Positions 58,230 to 64,000 of a stretch of DNA of 64,000 bases are shown here, in pieces; the first letter of the stretch is position 1, and every line of letters starts with the position of its first letter. A model generated the notes under the pieces. That model was not told the origin of the DNA, made no database searches, and saw nothing but the letters and a program-made list of their open reading frames with translations. Source of the stretch: Chloroflexia bacterium (GTDB lineage Bacteria; Chloroflexota; Chloroflexia; QHBQ01; JAICKM01); assembly GCA_050998805.1 (NCBI GenBank), contig JBPCPV010000009.1, positions 6,699-70,698 on the forward strand. Direction: 5' to 3'. A program made the translations under genes and the position numbers.

Positions 58230-59174
58230 CTAGATCTCGATAGTAGTGCCGAAGTTCTCGGCATAGCGCGCGGCGAACTCGCTGCGCGTGTAGGAGTGGG
58301 ACTGCGTGCCGTAGCACTCAATCGAATAGACGGCGGCGAGCGAAGCCACGCGGCCCGTCTGCTCCATACCCCAACCTTTGGTTAGACCATGCACAAACCC
58401 CGCCGCATATGCGTCCCCCGCTCCGGTCGGGTCAACAACCTCGCCGGGTATCGCGATCGGGATCTGGTATTCGGCGTCGCGGGTGCGGATCAGCGACCCG
58501 CCTTCGCCGAGCGTCGTGACCACGAACTCCGCGTAACGAAGCATATCGTGGGCGGTCAGCCCAGTCTTGTTGTGCATCATCTCATATTCGTAATCATTGG
58601 CGATGATCGCTCGTGCGCCCTCAATGCCGGTCAGCAACTCCTCTGCGCTCAGGCGTATGATCTGCTGTGCGGGCACATAGACGTAGGGCACCTCACCGGC
58701 CCGGCACTCCTGCGTGAAGCGCAGCATCGCGGTAGGCTCGGTGGGAGCTACCACCACGAGGTCCGACCCGCCCAGTTCGAGGGGTGCCAGCGAAAGTTCG
58801 GCGTCGCGGGCCATCGCGCCCGGATAGAACCCGGTGATCTGGTTGTTGTCCCAGTCTGTGGTGATGAAGCAGGTGGCGGTGAACTGCTCTTGGACGCGGT
58901 TCACAGCCTGGGTGTCCACGCCGATCTCCTCCAACTGCTCGGCGTACTCCGCGAAGTCAGGCCCTGCGCTGCTGTATATCACCGGCCTCGAGCCGAGCAA
59001 CGCCAGCGTCCATGCGATATTACCGGCGCACCCGCCGCGCTGCTTCTTGAGGGTATCCACTAGGAAGCTGACGTTGAGCTTGTGTATCTTGTCGGCCAGG
59101 ATGTGCTCGTGGAAATGGCCGGGGAAGTCCATGATGTTATCGAAGGCGATCGACCCGGTGACGACGATGCTCAT
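58230..59174 (-). CDS. PfkB family kinase (adenosine/nucleoside kinase-like)
   Basis: VTGSIAFD, GGCAGNIA, VDPTGAGDAY; context next to ahcY. Confidence 0.88.
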   Translation of the reverse strand: MSIVVTGSIAFDNIMDFPGHFHEHILADKIHKLNVSFLVDTLKKQRGGCAGNIAWTLALLGSRPVIYSSAGPDFAEYAEQLEEIGVDTQAVNRVQEQFTATCFITTDWDNNQITGFYPGAMARDAELSLAPLELGGSDLVVVAPTEPTAMLRFTQECRAGEVPYVYVPAQQIIRLSAEELLTGIEGARAIIANDYEYEMMHNKTGLTAHDMLRYAEFVVTTLGEGGSLIRTRDAEYQIPIAIPGEVVDPTGAGDAYAAGFVHGLTKGWGMEQTGRVASLAAVYSIECYGTQSHSYTRSEFAARYAENFGTTIEI

Positions 59175-59199
59175 TCATACTCCCCAGTTTCGTGTGCAA

Positions 59200-59232
59200 T
59201 AAAAAACTCTCATCGCATGACACAATGAGAGG
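59200..59232 (-). terminator. Intrinsic terminator of the SAM-I expression platform
   Basis: CTCTCAT...ATGAGAG followed by T6; its 5' arm can alternatively pair with the riboswitch 3' GATGAGAG. Confidence 0.75.
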
Positions 59233-59252
59233 CTGGCCTGGCGGGCCGTTCT

Positions 59253-59376
59253 CTCATCTTTCAGCAGCAGACGCCGGAGCTTGCTGACGGATTTGGCACC
59301 CGTGACCGAGTCGCTGACGCGACCCGCACCGGGTTGTCGGGCTTCACAGGGCCGGTCCCTCCACCCTCTCGATGAG
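59253..59376 (-). promoter_or_regulatory. SAM-I (S-box) riboswitch
   Basis: CTCATCGAGAG..GGAGGGACCGGCCCTGTGAAGCCCGACAACC...GGTGCCAAATCC...GAAAGATGAG upstream of pfkB-ahcY-metK. Confidence 0.93.
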
Positions 59377-59437
59377 TACGTGCTATTCAGTTATGCCCGT
59401 GTAGGCGAGCTAATCATAGCAGATCGGCGGCGGGATG

Positions 59438-60817
59438 TCAAGCAGAATCCGCGCCGGGTGCGGGTGCCGCCTTGCGGGGGCTGCGACGCCCGCGTAGGAC
59501 GCTCAGGACGCCGAGGCGTTGCCCGTAGTGGAGGACACCGTTGCGATATAGCCGCGCCGCAAGCCAGAGCATCACGAGGATGGTCACGATCATCAGCCCG
59601 AGTGCCAGAATGATCTCGCCAGGCGAAACTTGTCCAACGCCGATGCGGGCGATCATAAGCGTGGGCGTGAACACCGGCACGAAGGAGAGAACCTTCACCC
59701 AGGTCTCGTTGATCGCCGGCAGCGCCGCGACGCCCAGAATATACCCAGGCAGGAGCAGGATCTGCAACGGCCCCACGGCCTGGTTGACCTCTTCGGGCCG
59801 GCTGACCAGCGATCCCAGCCCGGCGTAGAGCGTGCTGTAGAGCGCGAAGCCGAGCAAGAAGAAGAGCAGCGCGAACAGTAGCAGGCTCACTGAGGAGCCG
59901 GTGATGTTGATCGGGCTGGGGCCGACGGTGCCCTGGAGCGCGGCGCTGATCGGGCCTTGCAGCAAGAAGCCGACTATGGCCGCGCCGATGAAAGCGCCCA
60001 TCTGCGTGAAGGCGGCGGCACCCACGCCGAGGATCTTACCGGCCATCAGCTGCGTCGGGGTGGCCGCGTTGATCATGATCTCCATGATGCGCGAGCTTTT
60101 TTCCTCGACCACGCCTCCGGCGATCCAGCTCCCATACATGACGATCATCGAGTACATCAACACGACCATTACGGTGGTAATGGCATAATCTGCGATGTTT
60201 TCGGCGTCGCTCTTGCCGTTATTGAACGTGTTGTTGCTCGTGCTGGTGATCGTGAAGCGAGCGGGACTAAAGGCTTGCTGCTGCTGCGCCACGGTGAGTC
60301 CGGCGCGCTGTAGCCGGTCGGAGGCCGTCAGCGCATTCAGCGTCTCGCGGACCTGGGCCACCGAAGCACTGTCGGGGTCGCGCTTGGTGGTGTAATGGAA
60401 TGTGAGGTCTCCATTCGCGCCGCGCCCGATCACCAGCAGCGAGTCGAGGTTGTGGTCTTTGACCTGCTGTTCGAGGGCTGCGGCGTCCGTCGTCCCTGCG
60501 GCAGAGACGAGGAAAGCGGGTTTGCTGCCCGGCGTCCCCGCAGTGACACGCGATCCGGTCGCGTTTAACCTCGCGTCCAGGTATCCGACCAGGCCCGCCG
60601 TATCCTGGCCTGCCACAGAGCTAGCCTGGTTGAGCACCACCACTCTCGTCTGGGCGTCGCCCTGTGTGAACGCCTGGATGATCGTCGGCACAAACGGGCC
60701 GATCAGTGCCAGGGCCACCATCACGAGCGTGGCGATCAGGAACGTCCGCTTACGCACCCGCTCCCGGTACTCGCGCCCGATGATCAAGCCTATGTTGCTC
60801 AGGGTATTCGGTGCCAT
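59438..60817 (-). CDS. ABC-2 type transporter permease (YhaP/NatB-like)
   Basis: REYRERVRKRTF, VVEEKSSRIMEI, LMAGKILG. Confidence 0.9.
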   Translation of the reverse strand: MAPNTLSNIGLIIGREYRERVRKRTFLIATLVMVALALIGPFVPTIIQAFTQGDAQTRVVVLNQASSVAGQDTAGLVGYLDARLNATGSRVTAGTPGSKPAFLVSAAGTTDAAALEQQVKDHNLDSLLVIGRGANGDLTFHYTTKRDPDSASVAQVRETLNALTASDRLQRAGLTVAQQQQAFSPARFTITSTSNNTFNNGKSDAENIADYAITTVMVVLMYSMIVMYGSWIAGGVVEEKSSRIMEIMINAATPTQLMAGKILGVGAAAFTQMGAFIGAAIVGFLLQGPISAALQGTVGPSPINITGSSVSLLLFALLFFLLGFALYSTLYAGLGSLVSRPEEVNQAVGPLQILLLPGYILGVAALPAINETWVKVLSFVPVFTPTLMIARIGVGQVSPGEIILALGLMIVTILVMLWLAARLYRNGVLHYGQRLGVLSVLRGRRSPRKAAPAPGADSA

Positions 60818-60840
60818 GCGCGCCCTTCTTTCCTCACGAA

Positions 60841-61797
60841 TCACGCCCTCGCCAACTCGTAGGCGGGGGCGTCGGCGGAGCCGAGGCCCGCAGCTTCCAG
60901 CCCGCCGACGCGCTCGATGAAGATATCGTCGAGCGAGGGATCGGCGATCTGGAACAGAGTGACCTCTCCGCCCCGGCTCAACGCCGCCTGCAAGATCCCG
61001 TCGGGCGTGGCGGGCGCGCTCAGGTGAAGCTCCACATAATCCCGGCCCCGGCGCGTGACGCTCACGCCCGGCATCTGGTCGAGCCAGGCGATCTCGGGGT
61101 CGTTGTCGAGCGCCAACTGCACGACCTTGCGCCCTGCGCTCCGCTTGATCTGCCGCACGCTGCCTGCCACCACGATCCGGCCCCGGTTGATGATCGCGAT
61201 GTCCTCGCAGATCTCCTCGACGGTGCTCATCTCATGGGTGGAGAAGATGATCGTCTTGCCGCGCCGGTGCATCTCCAACAGCGCGTCCTTCAGCACCCGC
61301 TCGTTGACAGGGTCCAGCCCGCTAAAGGGTTCGTCCATGATCAGGATCTCGGGGTCGTGTAAAATCGCGGCGAGGAACTGGATCTTTTGCTGGTTGCCCT
61401 TGCTCAGCTCGTCCACCTTCTTGGTGCGGTTCTGGGTGATCTGCAAACGCTCCAGCCAGTAATCAATGTCGCGCTGAACCTCGGCGCGTGGGCGGCCATA
61501 GAGCCGCGCCAGAAAGAGGAGCTGGTCGGCGACCTGCATCTTGGGGTAGAGGCCGCGCTCTTCGGGCAGGTAGCCCCAGGCTTTGCGCGGCACGTCCGCA
61601 GCCGGTTGCCCCTGCCAGATGATCCGCCCGGCGTCGGGCTGGTAGATGTTGAGGATCATGCGGATCGTCGTCGTCTTGCCCGCGCCGTTGGGTCCGAGGA
61701 AGCCGAAGACTTCGCCCTGCTTCACCTCGAAGCTCACTCCGTCCACGGCCGGGATGCCGTTGAACGCTTTGCTGACCTCTTCTACGACCAGTGCCAT
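60841..61797 (-). CDS. ABC transporter ATP-binding protein (YhaQ-like, DUF4162)
   Basis: GPNGAGKTT, YLPEERGLY, LSKGNQQK, DEPFSGLDP. Confidence 0.95.
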   Translation of the reverse strand: MALVVEEVSKAFNGIPAVDGVSFEVKQGEVFGFLGPNGAGKTTTIRMILNIYQPDAGRIIWQGQPAADVPRKAWGYLPEERGLYPKMQVADQLLFLARLYGRPRAEVQRDIDYWLERLQITQNRTKKVDELSKGNQQKIQFLAAILHDPEILIMDEPFSGLDPVNERVLKDALLEMHRRGKTIIFSTHEMSTVEEICEDIAIINRGRIVVAGSVRQIKRSAGRKVVQLALDNDPEIAWLDQMPGVSVTRRGRDYVELHLSAPATPDGILQAALSRGGEVTLFQIADPSLDDIFIERVGGLEAAGLGSADAPAYELARA

Positions 61798-61857
61798 GCA
61801 GCCCTCCTGTCTCTCATACGGCGTAGTTTACTTTGCAGCAGATCGCTTGTCAAGCCC

Positions 61858-61886
61858 TTGACAAACTTCGTGAAATATGGTACAAA
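61858..61886 (+). promoter_or_regulatory. sigma70-type promoter upstream of the sigma factor gene
   Basis: TTGACA-17 nt-TACAAA with extended TG. Confidence 0.55.
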
Positions 61887-62115
61887 TGTAGCATGTCGTA
61901 TCACGCCGTCGGCCGGGCATGAAACGTTTCGTTCTGTCGGAACGTTATATTAATGAGGGCACACCCGACCGTGGGAAGCTGTGCCTATATGTCATGCGGT
62001 GCCGTTTGGGGCTGGTCGAACTAATCTGAGAAAGGATTGAACCCCGAGTCTGAACCCTGTGGCCGCCGCCCCTTGCGTCGGTTTGCGAACGGGATAGGCA
62101 GGTGCGGACACCGTG

Positions 62116-63231
62116 ATGGAGACCGTGACGCGGTATACTCTATATGATCTCGACGATCTAGACTTCCAGACTTTCGTGGGCGATGAGCCTGGGAGCCTGG
62201 ATCTGGAGCTAGTGGAAGAGGAGCACGCAGTGATGGAATTGAACGAAAGCCCGGATGCGAGCGGCGGAGCAGTCGAGGTCGAGCATCTCTTGCATCTCGA
62301 ACCGATCAGCGGCTTCGATCATAAGAGTGCTGAGGACTCTGTCGGCATGTATCTCCGCGAAATCGGGCGGGTCTCTCTTCTCTCCGCCACAGACGAAATC
62401 TCGTTGGCGATCAGCATGGAACGCGGCAAGATGGCGATGAACCGGCTTGCAGTCGGAAGTCTGACCACCGATGAGCGCCACCGCCTCCGAACAGAGCACG
62501 CACGAGGCGTAGCCTCCCGCCGCCGCTTGATCGAGGCGAACCTCCGCCTTGTGGTCAGCGTCGCCCGCAAATACGCCGGGCGCGGCATCTCCCTGCTCGA
62601 TCTGATCCAGGAGGGTAACTTCGGCCTGCTCCGTGCCGTGGACCGCTTCGACTACCGCAAGGGACACCGTTTCAGCACCTATGCCACCTGGTGGATACGT
62701 CAGGCGATTACCCGCGCCATCGCGGACCAGAGCCGCACGATCCGGCTGCCGGTCCACATGGTCGAGGCAGTCGGCAGGCTGACGCAGGTCTCTCACCGCC
62801 TCCAGCAGGAACTCGGCCGCGAGCCGACCGCCGACGAGATCGCCCTGACGATGCACATCACCGCAGACAAGGTCCGCCAGATCGTCGGCGCGTCCCAGCA
62901 GACCATCTCGCTCGAAATGCCAATCGGCGAAGAGGAAGATGCTGCGCTCGGCGACATCATCGAGGATCGCAACATCATCCCGCCTGCGGAGGCGGCGAGC
63001 CATCAGATCCTCAAGGAGGAGGTCGCCGATATGCTCGGCACGCTCACGCCCCGCGAGCAGCGCGTGATCCAGCTCCGCTACGGCCTCGAGGACGGCTACA
63101 ACCGCACGCTTGCCGAACTCGGCGAGGAGTTGGGCGTCTCCCGTGAGCGCGTCCGCCAGATCGAGGCCGAGGCCCTCACGAAGCTTCGCGCCGCAAAGGA
63201 GACCCGCCGCCTCAAGGAGTACCTCGACTGA
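62116..63231 (+). CDS. RpoD/SigA-like sigma-70 factor (probably a non-primary paralogue)
   Basis: [11 protein letters not shown] (1.2), [32 protein letters not shown]; short acidic N-terminus; no dnaG adjacent. Confidence 0.92.
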   Translation: METVTRYTLYDLDDLDFQTFVGDEPGSLDLELVEEEHAVMELNESPDASGGAVEVEHLLHLEPISGFDHKSAEDSVGMYLREIGRVSLLSATDEISLAISMERGKMAMNRLAVGSLTTDERHRLRTEHARGVASRRRLIEANLRLVVSVARKYAGRGISLLDLIQEGNFGLLRAVDRFDYRKGHRFSTYATWWIRQAITRAIADQSRTIRLPVHMVEAVGRLTQVSHRLQQELGREPTADEIALTMHITADKVRQIVGASQQTISLEMPIGEEEDAALGDIIEDRNIIPPAEAASHQILKEEVADMLGTLTPREQRVIQLRYGLEDGYNRTLAELGEELGVSRERVRQIEAEALTKLRAAKETRRLKEYLD

Positions 63232-63514
63232 GTGCGGAGTGCGGAGTACTGAAGGCTGATAACTGACGGCTGTGCGACACGCTCCGCCCGTGGACCGCGC
63301 TGGGCGTACCGCCGCCGTCTCGGCGGCCCCCGCCATACCCCGATCCCGCCGACCTCAGCCGTCAGCGATCAGCCGGGACGGCGGCGGTACGAGCGCGGAG
63401 GCGGCTGATCGCTGACGGCTAACGCATCGAGCGCAGAGCGACTTCCCACAGACGTTCCCTTTGCCCCGACCACGCACTCCGCACTCCGCACTCCGCACTC
63501 CGCACTCGTTCCGG

Positions 63515-63529
63515 TGGCACCGATTTTGC
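63515..63529 (+). promoter_or_regulatory. Putative sigma54 promoter
   Basis: TGGCACCGATTTTGC has GG-N10-GC spacing; predicted +1 about 63541, ATG at 63544. Confidence 0.5.
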
Positions 63530-63543
63530 CCCGCATGTGATCT

Positions 63544-64000
63544 ATGACCACACCTCAGACGCCGCCCGACGACCGCGCCACCCGTGCACTGCACGCCGAC
63601 GAGCAGGGGCAGCCGGTCCCCAGTTGGCTGCAAGAACGCCCGGCCGTCACTCAGCCGGTGGCGTTGACGACGGCGCGCCGTCGGGCATTTCCTGCGATTT
63701 TGCTGTTCGCGGCCCTGGCGCTCGTGCTGGCGGCGGCGCTCTTGGTGAGCCAGTACAGGCCGCGTGCCGTGACGCCGAGCTCCCCGCCGAGTCCGGGCGC
63801 GGAGACCGGCTTCTTCCCGGCGGGCGGAGGGGCGACGCCGGGCACCACGGCGTTGGTGGACACGCCGGAGCAGGCCGACCCGCCTATGCCCTCCTCTCTC
63901 GCGGGCGCGGCCCAGGCCGAGCAGGAAGGGCGCTACGAAGACGCGATAGCCCTCTACCGCGCGGCAACCGTCGCCCAGCCGCCCGGCCCCGCCACGCCCG
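63544..64000 (+). CDS. Membrane-anchored TPR-like protein, 5' part; runs off the window
   Basis: Manual translation MTTPQTPPDD...ARRRAFPAILLFAALALVLAAALLV (TM)...AEQEGRYEDAIALYR (TPR-like). Confidence 0.65.
   Translation, partial: MTTPQTPPDDRATRALHADEQGQPVPSWLQERPAVTQPVALTTARRRAFPAILLFAALALVLAAALLVSQYRPRAVTPSSPPSPGAETGFFPAGGGATPGTTALVDTPEQADPPMPSSLAGAAQAEQEGRYEDAIALYRAATVAQPPGPATP

Overview
High-GC bacterial chromosomal window, most likely Chloroflexota: five secreted proteins carry the 'YFPxTGHxLxGxFLxYWxxxGGLxxFGYPISE...VQYFERxRFExHPEN' repeat, and there are SLH and lamin-tail surface proteins. Housekeeping blocks: rnj-ftsK; T-box-trpS; SAM-I riboswitch-pfkB-ahcY-(B-box membrane protein)-metK plus two GDP-sugar dehydratase/reductase genes; an ABC-2 exporter; an RpoD-like sigma factor. 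There are cell-envelope enzymes (L,D-transpeptidase, S8, M23, amidase, GH-A hydrolase, LTD-PLD-SLH protein), an 11-kb surface-glycan operon (2 GT-C, 3 GT4, methyltransferase, flippase) and an accessory stretch (about 25.4-38.6 kb) with a HicAB-like pair and an nSTAND1-WD40 protein. The most striking non-coding signals are four. (1) A consensus sigma54 promoter drives an ORF-less, terminated RNA of about 100 nt (38637->38540), and two further sigma54 promoters are present. (2) A 58-bp AT-rich element occurs twice in inverted orientation (28761-28818 and 50319-50376, 55/58 identical), with a dif-like core and phased flanking motifs, bracketing about 21.5 kb. (3) Many heptanucleotide tandem repeats occur, several in frame inside glycosyltransferase and UDG genes. 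(4) Several REP-like dispersed repeat families are present. Three frameshifts are all single-G losses in G runs and may be sequencing errors. No rRNA, tRNA, CRISPR array, integrase or transposase was seen.
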